DNA from: Longimicrobiales bacterium
GTDB lineage: Bacteria > Gemmatimonadota > Gemmatimonadetes > Longimicrobiales > Gaopeijiaceae
Length of the DNA: 64,000 nt
NCBI GenBank assembly: GCA_965238005.1
Contig: OZ250165.1
Span: 1,440,001 to 1,504,000 of the forward strand
Direction of reading: 5' to 3'
The stretch's first letter is position 1. Each line of letters starts with the position of its first letter. A program made the position numbers and the translations under genes. This document shows positions 10,436 to 21,082 of this stretch, in pieces. Under the pieces are notes generated by a model. That model was not told where the DNA came from and did not search any database. It saw nothing but the letters and a program-made list of their open reading frames with translations.

Positions 10436-11901
10436 CGCACATCGCCTCCGTCGCCGCGGCTGTCCGTGCTGGGGATGTGGATCCGCTGGAGCCTGGGCAG
10501 GCCGCGCTCCAGAAGCTCCGGGAGCGTGAAGAGGGCCCCGAGCCTCTGAATGCTTTCCTGGCCGTGCTCTCGTCCGACGACCTCGAGCTACCTGGAGGCC
10601 GGCCGGCCGAAGGACGGCTCGCCGGGGTGCCGGTGGCCGTCAAGGATAACCTCGCCACCACCGACGGGCTCCCCACTACGTGCGCCTCCAAGATCCTGGA
10701 GGGGTATCGCTCTCCCTACGAGGCCACCGTCGTGCGACGGCTACGGGAGGAGGGGGCGGTGGTGGTTGGTAAGACCAACATGGACGAGTTCGCCATGGGC
10801 TCGTCGAGCGAAAACTCGGCGTTCGGACCCGTGCGTAATCCGGTGGATCCCACCCGGGTGCCCGGCGGCAGCTCGGGAGGCTCCGCGGCCGCCGTTGCGG
10901 CTGGGCTGGTTCCGGGGGCCTTGGGCTCCGACACCGGGGGGTCGGTGCGACAGCCCGCCGCCTTCTGTGGCGTCGTGGGGGTCAAGCCGACCTACGGTCT
11001 CGTGAGCCGGTACGGGCTGGTCGCATTCGCCTCGTCCCTGGACCAGGTCGGTACGTTCGGGCGAACCGTGCGCGATGCGGCGGAGCTCCTGCAGGTCGTG
11101 GCGGGGCACGATCCCCTGGACTCCACGTCGGTCGAGCGGACCATCCCCGACCTGGCGGCGGCATGTGACGAAGGAGCCGAGGGCTTGGTGGTCGGTGTGC
11201 CCCGGGAGTACTTCGGAGATGCGTTGGAAGAGGGAGTGCAGACGTGCTGCCAGGAAGCTCTGGATGCGCTCGTGGAGCGCGGGGCCATCATCCGTGAGGT
11301 TTCGCTCCCCAACACTCCGCACGCGCTTCCCGCCTACTACGTGGTGGCCAACGCCGAGGCCTCGAGCAACCTGGCCCGTTTCGACGGCGTGCGATATGGA
11401 GCTCGGCAGGACGGCTGCCGGGACTTAGGGGAGTTGTATGAGAAGACGCGCACGGCCGGGTTCGGTGACGAGGTGAAGCGACGGATCCTCCTGGGCACGT
11501 TCGCTCTGACCGCCGGCTACTATGACCAGTACTACGGCCGGGCCCAGCGGGTGCGTCGCCTGGTGTCGGCGGATTTCCAGGAGGTCTTCCGGGACGGGAT
11601 CGACGTACTGTTCACTCCCACGTCCCCTACGGTGGCGTTTCCCCTCGGTGAGCGCATCGAGGATCCGCTTCAGATGTACCTGGCCGACGTCTTCACTGTC
11701 ACGGCGAACCTGGCCGGCGTGCCCGCAATCTCGGTACCGGTGGGTAACTCCGACGGGCTACCCGTGGGGGGCCAGGTCATCGCACCCTGGTGGGGCGAGT
11801 CTGCCCTTTTCCGGGCGGCGGCGGCTCTCGAGTCCGCCGGCGACTCGGCTGGTCCGTCAGGAGCTCCTGCGGCAGACCCTGGGGAAGGAGGGGCGGAATG
11901 A
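10432..11901 (+). CDS. gatA: Asp/Glu-tRNA amidotransferase subunit A
   Basis: Amidase signature [36 protein letters not shown]. Confidence 0.96.
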   Translation: MTHIASVAAAVRAGDVDPLEPGQAALQKLREREEGPEPLNAFLAVLSSDDLELPGGRPAEGRLAGVPVAVKDNLATTDGLPTTCASKILEGYRSPYEATVVRRLREEGAVVVGKTNMDEFAMGSSSENSAFGPVRNPVDPTRVPGGSSGGSAAAVAAGLVPGALGSDTGGSVRQPAAFCGVVGVKPTYGLVSRYGLVAFASSLDQVGTFGRTVRDAAELLQVVAGHDPLDSTSVERTIPDLAAACDEGAEGLVVGVPREYFGDALEEGVQTCCQEALDALVERGAIIREVSLPNTPHALPAYYVVANAEASSNLARFDGVRYGARQDGCRDLGELYEKTRTAGFGDEVKRRILLGTFALTAGYYDQYYGRAQRVRRLVSADFQEVFRDGIDVLFTPTSPTVAFPLGERIEDPLQMYLADVFTVTANLAGVPAISVPVGNSDGLPVGGQVIAPWWGESALFRAAAALESAGDSAGPSGAPAADPGEGGAE

Positions 11902-13328
11902 GCTGGGAGACCGTCATCGGCCTGGAGGTCCACGTACAGCTCCGCACGGCAGAGAAGCTGTTCTGTGCCGACTCCACGACCTTCGGTGCCCCGCCCAACA
12001 GCCATGTTTGTCCGGTGTGCCTGGGGTTGCCCGGCGCGCTCCCCGTGCTGAACGCAGAGGCCGTAGATCTGGCGATCACGGCGGCTCTGGGCCTCGGCTG
12101 CCAGGTCCACAGAGTGAGCGTCTTCGCGCGCAAGAGCTACTTTTACCCCGATTTGCCGAAGGGGTATCAGATCACGCAGTTCGAGCAGCCCCTCGCCACC
12201 GATGGATCCGTCGTGGTCGGGTCGGGATCCGACGCGCGTCCGATTCGGATCCGCCGGACCCATCTCGAAGAAGACGCCGGCAAGTCCGTTCACGACCGCT
12301 TTCCGGAGGGGACGGCCGTGGACCTCAACCGGGCGGGCGTCCCGCTCATCGAGATCGTGACCGAGCCGGACCTCCGGACGCCGGCTGAGGCCAGAGCCTT
12401 CCTGCAAGGGCTCAAGCGCACGCTGGAGTACCTGGACGTGAGCGACTGCAACATGGAGGAAGGCAGCCTCCGGGTGGATGCCAACGTCTCGCTCAGGGCC
12501 TTCGGCTCGCAGGAGCTGGGTGTGAAGACCGAGGTCAAGAACCTGAACTCGTTCTCTGCTGTGGAGAAGGCCCTTCAACGTGAGGTGGAGAGGCAAGAAG
12601 AGGTGCTCGTATCCGGTGAGGCCGTGATTCAGGAGACCCTCCTTTGGGACGAGCGTGACGGCACGGTGCGGTCCATGCGCTCCAAGGAGGAGAGCCACGA
12701 CTATCGCTACTTCCCCGACCCCGATCTTCCCCTCCTCCGGCTCGACGCCGACCGCGTGACGCGGTCGCGGGAGGCGCTGCCGGAGCTGCCCCACGAGCGG
12801 AAGTCACGTCTTTTGGAGGAGCTGGCTCTTCCCGAGGGGGATGTGGAGGTCCTCACCTCCTCCCGCTCACTGGCGGACTATTTCGAGGAGCTCGCGACCC
12901 TGTTGGGGAATCCCAAGACCGCCTCCAACTGGGCCCGAGGCCCCCTCCTCAAGGAGGCGAACCGGGTTCGTCGAGACATCGCTGGCCTTGGCCCGACACC
13001 CGCCGACGTGGCGGAGCTCATCTCCCTCGTGGAGAACGGCACGCTGTCCGGCAGCATGGGACGAACGGTGCTGGGACGCATGGTGGACTCGGGCCGTCGC
13101 GCCCCGGAAATCGTCGAGTCCGAGGGCCTCGCCCAGGTCCAGGACACCGATGAGCTCGAGACGTGGGTGGACGGCGTGTTGGCGGAGAGTCCCGGGGAGG
13201 TGGAGCGATATCGAGGAGGCGAGGCCAAGCTTCTGGGTCACTTCATCGGCCGCGTCATGCGGCGGTCGGGGGGGCGCGCCGACCCCAATGCCACCGGAGA
13301 CCTTCTCAGGGAACGGCTCAGTCGCTGA
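11898..13328 (+). CDS. gatB: Asp/Glu-tRNA amidotransferase subunit B
   Basis: [53 protein letters not shown] at 11898. Confidence 0.96.
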   Translation: MSWETVIGLEVHVQLRTAEKLFCADSTTFGAPPNSHVCPVCLGLPGALPVLNAEAVDLAITAALGLGCQVHRVSVFARKSYFYPDLPKGYQITQFEQPLATDGSVVVGSGSDARPIRIRRTHLEEDAGKSVHDRFPEGTAVDLNRAGVPLIEIVTEPDLRTPAEARAFLQGLKRTLEYLDVSDCNMEEGSLRVDANVSLRAFGSQELGVKTEVKNLNSFSAVEKALQREVERQEEVLVSGEAVIQETLLWDERDGTVRSMRSKEESHDYRYFPDPDLPLLRLDADRVTRSREALPELPHERKSRLLEELALPEGDVEVLTSSRSLADYFEELATLLGNPKTASNWARGPLLKEANRVRRDIAGLGPTPADVAELISLVENGTLSGSMGRTVLGRMVDSGRRAPEIVESEGLAQVQDTDELETWVDGVLAESPGEVERYRGGEAKLLGHFIGRVMRRSGGRADPNATGDLLRERLSR

Positions 13329-14235
13329 TGACCGCCATGCCCTCCCGTTCGGGCCAGTGGATGAGCACGTCGCCAGGCAGGGGAAAGAACTCGTCGGCGC
13401 TCTGGTGTAGGTGAGCCGGGTCGGCGGCCCCTCCCCGGGCCATGGTGAGACGACGCACCTTCTTCGCCAGCCTCAGGTTGAGCTCTCCCGTGGGGTCGAG
13501 CGTGGCCGGGCGGGAGCTCTCCCGCGATACCAGGTAGTCGACAACGTACTCGAACGAGAGGGCGTGGTACGTCTCCACCGCGGCATGGGGCAGGTCGAAG
13601 CGTGACTTCTGCAAGACCCGCTCGAACACCTGCTTCCAGCGGTCGTGATCACTGAAGCGGATCATCCCGCGGAAGATTCTGCGGTTGGTGTGAAAGCTGA
13701 AGATGGTGCCGCTGAGGACCCGGTCGAAGAGCTCGTCCGCTTCGGAGTAGTCGTTCTCCATGACCAAATGTCTGGCTTTGCTCAGATACTCCTCTCCGAC
13801 ATGCATGTCCATGCGGTGCTCCCAGTACGCGTGGCCGAGTGCTTGCGTGGTGCTCGTGGTGAGCAGCTGCCGGGGCACGAAGAGATTGTGGGCGACCGTG
13901 TCTGCCGCCAGATGAGCGAGGTAGCCGTAGCCCACCGACGTCAGGCGCGGGCTGTCAGCGGTGGCCAGGATCTCCTCACCCACGTGCCAGTGATGGCAGT
14001 GCCTGCCTTCTGGGACGTACTTCTTGGCGAATGAGATGTCGGCGGCGATAGATCCGTACAGGAAGTGAAGTGGGTTGGACTCGATGATCGCCCGTATGGC
14101 CGGCGGGAGCAGGTAGAGAGACGCGAGAAGGGTCTCTCCTAGCGCGATGTGGGTTCCTGGGGCCCATGCCCACAGAGGCTCAGGATCGAGGAAGATCCAG
14201 CCGAGTGCTATCGAGAGGGTCCAGACGATCTTCAC
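13318..14235 (-). CDS. Zinc-dependent phospholipase C family protein
   Basis: Signal peptide then W-A-P-G-T-H, GS.AAD, HCHHW, GYLAHLAADTVAH, H.YWE. Confidence 0.75.
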   Translation of the reverse strand: MKIVWTLSIALGWIFLDPEPLWAWAPGTHIALGETLLASLYLLPPAIRAIIESNPLHFLYGSIAADISFAKKYVPEGRHCHHWHVGEEILATADSPRLTSVGYGYLAHLAADTVAHNLFVPRQLLTTSTTQALGHAYWEHRMDMHVGEEYLSKARHLVMENDYSEADELFDRVLSGTIFSFHTNRRIFRGMIRFSDHDRWKQVFERVLQKSRFDLPHAAVETYHALSFEYVVDYLVSRESSRPATLDPTGELNLRLAKKVRRLTMARGGAADPAHLHQSADEFFPLPGDVLIHWPEREGMAVISD

Positions 14236-14813
14236 GTGGTCTCGGCGTCTCCCGTGACCACGGCTCCAGCCGTATCGCCGGCCTCCTCCGACTCTCCAGT
14301 CCCGGGGGTCGGCACTGCCTCGGAATCGGGCTCTTCGGAGGCCACGCCCTCTCCTATGGTCTGGGCCCCGGCACGAACCCCGCGGACAGCGGCCGCGGTA
14401 TCCAGCAGGACGGATTCGGCTTCGTTCTGTACCACGTCCATGAGGGCGTTGAACTCCTCGACTCTCTCCTCCATGCGCTGAGAAGTGTCCTTAAGCCGGG
14501 CCGAGAGTCCGGCCACCGAGGAGTGGATCTTCTGGACGTCTTCGCGGACCACGGCGGAGATGAACTCCACATTCTCGGCCGCCACGCGGGCGCGGTCCGC
14601 GACCGGCCGCAGCTGCCGTTGAAGGGCGGCGAGCAGCTTCCGGAGCTGGACGAGCAGCACCAACATGGTCAACAGCAGTAGAGCCGATATCGCAGCCAGT
14701 GCCACCGCCGAGATGTCGGCTGCGACCTGGAGGCCTCCGGGCGGGGCGAGCGCCTGCGTAGTGCCCTGGAGGGGCAGTAGAGCAGGAATAAGAAGTCGAT
14801 GTGCCATGGCCAA
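14232..14813 (-). CDS. DUF948-like single-TM coiled-coil protein
   Basis: One TM helix followed by heptad-rich region and acidic tail. Confidence 0.6.
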   Translation of the reverse strand: MAMAHRLLIPALLPLQGTTQALAPPGGLQVAADISAVALAAISALLLLTMLVLLVQLRKLLAALQRQLRPVADRARVAAENVEFISAVVREDVQKIHSSVAGLSARLKDTSQRMEERVEEFNALMDVVQNEAESVLLDTAAAVRGVRAGAQTIGEGVASEEPDSEAVPTPGTGESEEAGDTAGAVVTGDAETT

Positions 14814-14897
14814 ATGTATAAGCTCAGGACGTCAGAGTTCCAGATCGGCTCCCCGGGTACGGTACCGGGCTCGCTTTCGCCCCGTGCTCTCCCTGGA

Positions 14898-15985
14898 TCA
14901 CTCGGCCACGCCCTCCCCGCCACTTACGGCTTCTGCGGCCACGCCCGGGGTATGCCGCGCAGCGTGAGCTCGGGCCTGTTGGTCGTCTCCCTGGGCAAGG
15001 GCTTCTTCGACCCGAGAGGAGATCTCACCGGCTCGTCGCAGCGTGGCAGTCGTGAGCACCGGGCCCACAGCTCGGAGATCACGACGCCTAGAACCACGAC
15101 GCTGAACAGGGCCTTGCTGGCGTCCAGGCCTCCCACTTCGAGCCCATAGAAGGTCAGGAAGGCGGACAACGCCATGGCGAGTGAGATGCCGCCCTGGGGA
15201 ACGAGGCCGAGACCCAGAAAGGGTGGGGTGGAGAAGCCTGGCTCCGCAATCCGCACCATGGCGCCGCATGCCACGATCTTGGCGCCGCCGCGGAGGAGCG
15301 CATAGCCCAGGGCGAGGGGTATGATCCAAGCCGTCGGGAAGCGGATGAGGGCTCCGGCGAGAATCAGGAGGACTACGTAGACCGGCTTTTCCCACTCGGT
15401 CATGACGCGAAAGACCCGGCGAGGCTCCGGGACGAGATTTCCCACTACTACGCCCATTACGAGGCAAACGAAGAGGGGTGAAAGCTGGAGCTTAAGCGCT
15501 GCGCCGGACGCGAAAGCCGCGTTGTCCATGGGGAAGAGGACCAGCTCCTCCATCTCCGTTCGGTCGCGCGTCAGCCAGACGAAGATGATTCCGCAGAGGA
15601 CTCCGACACACACGGCGAGGAGGGTCCAAATGGGTGCCGGGTTGCTTCCGAGGAAGTCGAGCACACCGGCCGCGTGATAGTTCGAGTAGATGATCTGCAG
15701 GGCCGTGATCCCCACCAGGGCGTCCACGGAAGCCACGAACAGCAACATCTCACGCACCTGGCCCCGGACTAGGAAGTTCGACGAGATGATGGCGATTCCC
15801 GCCGGCGCGGAGATGCAGGCGGTGGCCGCCGCCAGCAGCACCAGGAGGACCTCGGCCTGGCCGGCGAACCCCACCGCGAAGAGTGCTCCCATGCCCACCG
15901 CGGAAAGGACGACGAATGTGAGGAGGGCCTGGACGGCCGCGAATACGTGCAGCGTACCTGGAGTGGATCCATGGAGAGGGGTCGG
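14898..15985 (-). pseudogene. Cation:proton antiporter-like fragment (N-terminus missing, frameshift near 15066)
   Basis: Multi-TM, LSPLF, GLGLVPQGGISLAMAL; the C-terminus GPVLTTATLRRAGE lies in another frame; no start or N-terminal TMs upstream. Confidence 0.72.
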
Positions 15986-16358
15986 ACGCCAATCGTGCGA
16001 TCCTGGCTAGGATCTTGATCCGCTCGCCCCCGCGGTCCGCCGGAGACAAGAGAAGAAAGAAGACAGGGCAGGTCTCGACCTCGGTGGGTCCGAACGCCAC
16101 CGGATCGCGGGAGACGGCCACCATGAGGAGGGTCTTTTCGAGCCCCTCGACGGTGGCGTGGAGGATCGCCACTCCATTGCCGATGGCCGTGGTGTGGACG
16201 TTCTCGGTGTGTGTGAGCCGGTTCTTCACCTCTGACTCATTCTGTATCAGGCCCCGACTCGCCAGTGTCTCCGCCAGCAGCTCGATGGCGTCGTCGCGGG
16301 ACCCAGCGCTGAATCCGTACAGGATCGAATCGGCTTGAAAGAAATCCCTTAAACGCAT
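15986..16358 (-). pseudogene. PTS IIA (PtsN/fructose-type) domain, C-terminally truncated into the antiporter fragment
   Basis: TAIGNGVAILH, FFLLLSP, KILARIARL, after which the reading frame runs out-of-frame through antiporter DNA to 15750. Confidence 0.7.
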
Positions 16359-16662
16359 GTCCTGTAATCCATTATACGATCACGATGACAGGTCGTGAGC
16401 GGTGGGAGCGAGGTGCTAACTCAGACTTGGCTGGGGCGGAACGAGGTATCAGCGGAAGCCCTCCCGATGGCGGCACGCTTCCTGCCACAGAGTATCGCAA
16501 GCCATGGTCCCACGCGGGGGGGTGGAGGCCGTAGGGGAGTATTCCGAGCTGGAGGGCGCTACGATGAGGAGCCGGTTGCTGCGTCAGGGGACGGTGGAAT
16601 ATGTTCCAGGCCGATGTGGCGAAACGGTGTCGGCCACTTACTTCGGAGACCGCAAGGAGGAC

Positions 16663-17946
16663 ATGCCCAGCTTTATCGTAGAGGGCGGCCATACCCTGAC
16701 CGGGACGATCCGACCCTCCGGCAACAAGAACGCTGCCTTGCCTGCAATCGCAGCCACAGTGCTCGCATCCGAGCCCGTCACCCTCCAGAACATCCCATGC
16801 ATTCGCGACGTCGAGACCCTCTTGGAAATCGTGAGCTCGCTCGGTGCCGACGTACGATGGGACGACGAGAACGTGGTCACCGTGGATGCCTCCGAAGTGG
16901 TTTCGGCAGGAGTGGACCGGAGGTTGGCTGAGCGCATTCGAGCGTCGCTACTCCTCGCCGGACCCCTCCTGGCCCGCTTTGGGCGGGTCGATCTGCCTCC
17001 GCCGGGTGGAGACGTGATCGGTCGTCGTCGCATGGACACCCACTTCCTGGCGTTCGAGGCCCTGGGGGCTGAAGTGAGCCTGAACGGGGGCTTCCGGATC
17101 GAAGCACCGGGCCTGACCGGGGCCGACGTGTTCCTGGACGAGCCCTCCGTCACGGCCACCGAGAACACCATCATGGCAGCGGTGCTCGCCGACGGGGAGT
17201 CGTTACTGCGGAATGTCGCCTCCGAGCCGCACGTCCAGGATCTGTGTCATCTCCTTAACGGCATGGGTGCCCACATCGAGGGGATCGGCACGAATCGCCT
17301 TCACATCGAAGGGGTTCGGGAGCTCGGCGGTACCACCTTCGCCATCGGCAGGGACCACATCGAGACGGGGTCCTTCATCGGCCTTGCGGTAGTGACGGGG
17401 AGTGAGCTGGTGGTGGAAGAGGCCCCCATCGAGCACCTGGATTCCACCTTATTGGGCTTCGCGCGACTCGGAGTGGAGGTGACCATCGCTGCGGATTCAC
17501 TCACGATTCACGGTGACCGCGAGTGCCGGGTGGCCAGCGACGCCTTCGGTGCCGTGCCCAAGGTCGACGACGGCCCCTGGCCGGCGTTTCCGGCGGATCT
17601 CACGTCCATCGCCGTGGTCACGGCCACACAGTGTACCGGGACCGTCCTGGTGCACGAGAAGATGTTCGAGTCCCGGATGTACTTCACGGACAAGCTCGTG
17701 GCCATGGGTGCCCAGATCATCCTCTGCGACCCCCACCGAGCGGTGGTGGCTGGTCCATCCAAGCTCCGGGCCACGACGCTGGAGAGCCCCGACATCCGGG
17801 CCGGGATGGCGATGCTGATCGCGGCTCTGGGGGCAGAGGGCACGAGCCGCATCCAGAACATCCGCCAGATCGAGCGCGGGTACGAGCGCATCGACCAGCG
17901 GCTCCGTGCCCTCGGGGCCCGTATCGAGAGAGTCGAGGCATCCTAG
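16663..17946 (+). CDS. murA: UDP-N-acetylglucosamine 1-carboxyvinyltransferase
   Basis: SGNKNAALP, RASLL, PGGDVIGRR, SVTATEN, WPAFPADL, DIRAG, IERGYE; AAGGAGG RBS before ATG 16663. Confidence 0.95.
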   Translation: MPSFIVEGGHTLTGTIRPSGNKNAALPAIAATVLASEPVTLQNIPCIRDVETLLEIVSSLGADVRWDDENVVTVDASEVVSAGVDRRLAERIRASLLLAGPLLARFGRVDLPPPGGDVIGRRRMDTHFLAFEALGAEVSLNGGFRIEAPGLTGADVFLDEPSVTATENTIMAAVLADGESLLRNVASEPHVQDLCHLLNGMGAHIEGIGTNRLHIEGVRELGGTTFAIGRDHIETGSFIGLAVVTGSELVVEEAPIEHLDSTLLGFARLGVEVTIAADSLTIHGDRECRVASDAFGAVPKVDDGPWPAFPADLTSIAVVTATQCTGTVLVHEKMFESRMYFTDKLVAMGAQIILCDPHRAVVAGPSKLRATTLESPDIRAGMAMLIAALGAEGTSRIQNIRQIERGYERIDQRLRALGARIERVEAS

Positions 17947-18062
17947 AAACCCCGTGGGCGCCACGACCGTAGGGCCTACAGGTGGACTGAACGCTCCGGT
18001 GACCCCGAGAGGCCCTGCAGGGGCGACCACCTGGTCACCTCACAGAGGAAAAGAGTGACATC

Positions 18063-18464
18063 ATGTCGGAAGAGAACGCTCCTGAGGAGAACAACGGCTC
18101 GGGCACCGAGCAGGAACCGCAAGAGAAAAGCCGGACAGACAGCATAAAGGGCGGCATTCGGCAGGGGATGAGCATGCTCAGTGCCATGAAAGACGCCATC
18201 GAGGAGACTCTCAGCGAAGCGAGGGAGCGGGGCGATCTCACGCCTGAGAGGGCGCAAGAGGTCATGCGCTCGACGCTGGAGAAAGCCCAGGCCAGAGCCG
18301 GGGAGGCTCGGGAGGCCTTCGACTTCGTCAAACAAAAGGACTTCGACGGCCTGAAGGGCGTGGTAGACGAGCTCAAGGAGAGGGTCAAGGGTGTTGAGAG
18401 ATCCCTGGGGCTCGAGGTCGAAGAGGCCTCCGAGGGGCCGGCCGAGGACGAGGGGGACGCGTGA
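18063..18464 (+). CDS. Hypothetical charged helical protein (phasin-like)
   Basis: GAGG RBS; RG.LT.E.A..V and terminal 'L.ERV..VE' pattern reminiscent of phasins. Confidence 0.55.
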   Translation: MSEENAPEENNGSGTEQEPQEKSRTDSIKGGIRQGMSMLSAMKDAIEETLSEARERGDLTPERAQEVMRSTLEKAQARAGEAREAFDFVKQKDFDGLKGVVDELKERVKGVERSLGLEVEEASEGPAEDEGDA

Positions 18465-18496
18465 AGCCCTGAGGCCGATCACCAGGGGCTCTAGTC

Positions 18497-18525
18497 TTGA
18501 GGAATCAAGGCATTGCGCCTAAATT
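18497..18525 (+). promoter_or_regulatory. Putative promoter of rimP-nusA-infB operon
   Basis: TTGAGG-N17-TAAATT. Confidence 0.4.
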
Positions 18526-18564
18526 ACTGTCGTAAGGGCCGTCCCTGGGGCGGCCGCTTTTGTG

Positions 18565-18594
18565 AGTGGGGGAGTTGGTTGCCCCCGCTTTTTT
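18565..18594 (+). terminator. rimP leader terminator/attenuator hairpin
   Basis: AGTGGGGG-N9-CCCCCGCT stem followed by a T run, about 45 nt upstream of rimP. Confidence 0.7.
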
Positions 18595-18639
18595 GTTCTC
18601 GGAGGTTTGCGTAAGCCGCGGCCTCCGGTAGGGGTGGCC

Positions 18640-19128
18640 ATGGCTACATCACGGCCCGAAGTCGAGCAGGAGATGGAGGCGCGGATCGCGGCTCTCGGAT
18701 TCGAGCTCGTCTTGCTGGAGTGGGCCGGGAGCCGGGCTCGGCCGATCATGCGCGTCCGCATGGATCGGCTCGGCTCGGGGCTGGAGTCGTCGGTCACGGT
18801 GGACGATTGCGCTCAGGTGAGCCGTGCCCTCGAGGCTTGGCTCGACGAGCACGAGGACGTGCCTGAGCACTATGTGCTGGAGGTCTCGTCTCCGGGAGTC
18901 GAGCGGCCGTTGGTCCGGCCACGCGACTGGGAGCGCTTTGCAGGCCGGTCTGTCGTGGTCAAAGGCCATGGGGTTCTCGCTGAGCGGTCCACTCGGCTCG
19001 AGGCTGAGTTGTTGGGATTGGACCCGGAGCCGGAGCCGACGGCCCGGCTCCGACTGGGAGATGGGACTGAGGTGTGGGTGCCCCTGACCGACATCAAGGG
19101 TGCCCACCTCCTGTTCACCTGGAAGTAA
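18640..19128 (+). CDS. rimP: Ribosome maturation factor RimP
   Basis: VTVDDCA.VSR, YVLEVSSPGVERPL. Confidence 0.95.
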   Translation: MATSRPEVEQEMEARIAALGFELVLLEWAGSRARPIMRVRMDRLGSGLESSVTVDDCAQVSRALEAWLDEHEDVPEHYVLEVSSPGVERPLVRPRDWERFAGRSVVVKGHGVLAERSTRLEAELLGLDPEPEPTARLRLGDGTEVWVPLTDIKGAHLLFTWK

Positions 19129-19149
19129 GGCGTACGGGGTGAGGACAAT

Positions 19150-20745
19150 ATGACTGATACCGGCCAGATCGTCGCGGCGTTCAGAGATGTCGCCGCAACG
19201 AAGAGCCTGTCTCCAGATGAGGTGAATGAACTCATCCAGGACGGGATTAGGGCGGGTCTGGCGCGCATATACGGTCCGAACGTACAGGCCGAGATCACCA
19301 TAGACGATGTGGCCGGCGGATTCGACATGGTGGTGCTCCGACGGGTTGTCGAGGAGGTGGAAGACCCCTCGTCCGAAATCAGCCTTGAGGAGGCCCGTTG
19401 GGACGACGAAGGGTTCGAAGTCGGCGACGTAATGGAGATTCCGGTCGATTTCGCGGACTTCGGTCGCAACGCGGTCATGGCCGTGAAACAGCGTATCGTT
19501 CAGCTGATTCGTGAAACCGAGCGTGACCGAATTCGCGATGAGTACTCGGACCGCATCGGGGAGCTACTCTCCGGCGAGGTGCAGCAGATCGAGCGTGGCA
19601 AGATCGTGGTCATGCTCAACCGCTCGCCCGACGCCGATGCCATCATTCCCTGGAAAGATCAGAATCCCCGGGAGCGATTCCGGCAGGGCGATCCCATTCG
19701 GTGCGTCCTCAAAAAGGTTGAAGAAACCCCGAAAGGTCCTCGCCTCATCCTCTCCAGGGGAGACCCCCTTTTCGTGGCGGCCCTCTTCAGCCTTGAGGTG
19801 CCGGAGATCCACCAGGGGATCGTGGACATCAAGGAAGTGGCCCGTGAGGTCGGTGGACGGACGAAGATCGCGGTCTACAGCCGGGATGAGTCCATCGATC
19901 CAGTGGGTGCCTGTGTCGGCCTTAGAGGCTCCCGGGTGCAAGCGGTGGTGCAGGAGCTCGGCGGAGAGCGGATCGACATCGTCCCGTGGCACGCCGAGCC
20001 GGAGGTATTCGCGCGGCGCTCCCTGGCACCGGCGCGGGTCTCCAAGGTCGTGAGCGATCCAGAGCGCCAGGTGATCACGGCCATCGTCGACGAGGATCAG
20101 CTCTCCCTGGCCATCGGCCGGAACGGCCAGAACGTGCGGCTCGCGTCCCAGCTCATCGGCTGGCAGATCGACCTGTACGGTTCGCGGGAGTGGGTTGAGC
20201 TCGGAGCGGATCTTTCCTTGTTCCAGGAATCGGGCGAGGGCGACTACGAGACCTCCGATTTTTCGTTGGCGGAGCTGGATCTCGCTCCGGGGACTCTGGC
20301 GGCCCTCGGGGCGGCTGGATATAGTACTTTTCTGCAGATCATCGACTTCGACCGCAACGACTTCCTGGCCATCGAGGGGCTGACGGAAGCCGATGCGGAT
20401 CGGCTCCTCACCCTCATAGATGAGCTCACTGTCGTGGCGGATTCGTCCGCCACGGAGGGCGCGGTCGTCGAGGATGATTCCTCCACGGCCGGAGATGCCT
20501 CAGACACCGCCGAGGCCGAGGATACGGTGGACCTCGAGGGCACGACGGAAGAAGCCGGCGGGGACGAGACTGACGATGTAGCAGAGGCAGGAACCGCCGA
20601 GGTGGCGGTAGATGAGGTGGACGAATCCGGGTCGGAGGGCCTGGCTGCCGCCATGGGTGCGGAGGGAACGGAGGTCGTGGGCGGCCTCGAGGAGGCGGGT
20701 GAAGAGGCGACGAGTGGAGACGATGAAGAGCCGGTCGAAGCGTAG
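19150..20745 (+). CDS. nusA: Transcription termination factor NusA (long acidic C-terminal tail)
   Basis: S1/KH domains, LEVPEI, DPVGACVG, SLAIGRNGQNVRLAS. Confidence 0.96.
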   Translation: MTDTGQIVAAFRDVAATKSLSPDEVNELIQDGIRAGLARIYGPNVQAEITIDDVAGGFDMVVLRRVVEEVEDPSSEISLEEARWDDEGFEVGDVMEIPVDFADFGRNAVMAVKQRIVQLIRETERDRIRDEYSDRIGELLSGEVQQIERGKIVVMLNRSPDADAIIPWKDQNPRERFRQGDPIRCVLKKVEETPKGPRLILSRGDPLFVAALFSLEVPEIHQGIVDIKEVAREVGGRTKIAVYSRDESIDPVGACVGLRGSRVQAVVQELGGERIDIVPWHAEPEVFARRSLAPARVSKVVSDPERQVITAIVDEDQLSLAIGRNGQNVRLASQLIGWQIDLYGSREWVELGADLSLFQESGEGDYETSDFSLAELDLAPGTLAALGAAGYSTFLQIIDFDRNDFLAIEGLTEADADRLLTLIDELTVVADSSATEGAVVEDDSSTAGDASDTAEAEDTVDLEGTTEEAGGDETDDVAEAGTAEVAVDEVDESGSEGLAAAMGAEGTEVVGGLEEAGEEATSGDDEEPVEA

Positions 20746-21073
20746 CGCATTGGCGCTCCTGGGGCTCGCCCGTCGAGCCGGCGCATTGGAGCGCGGGACC
20801 GGATCCACTCAGCGTGCCGTCAAGGATGGACGCGCCCGGCTGGTGTGGTTTGCCGACGACGCCTCGGAGGTCCAACGGGACAAAGTGTTGAAGCTGCTGC
20901 GCCATCGGGCGACTCCCCGCGTGATCCTGGGGAGCCGAGCCGAATTGGGTGCGGCGGTCGGATCCGCTCCGATCTCCGCCGTTGCTGTTACCGAGGCGGC
21001 CTTCGCGAGTCGTTTGGCCAGGCAGTTGGCCGCGAACCTGGGTACGAACGATGAGACTGAGAAGCGGAGGTAG
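20723..21073 (+). CDS. ylxQ: L7Ae/YlxQ family RNA-binding protein
   Basis: LLGLARRAG, A.DAS, ELGAAVG; located between nusA and infB. Confidence 0.85.
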   Translation: MKSRSKRSALALLGLARRAGALERGTGSTQRAVKDGRARLVWFADDASEVQRDKVLKLLRHRATPRVILGSRAELGAAVGSAPISAVAVTEAAFASRLARQLAANLGTNDETEKRR

Positions 21074-21082
21074 GCAAAGTAG

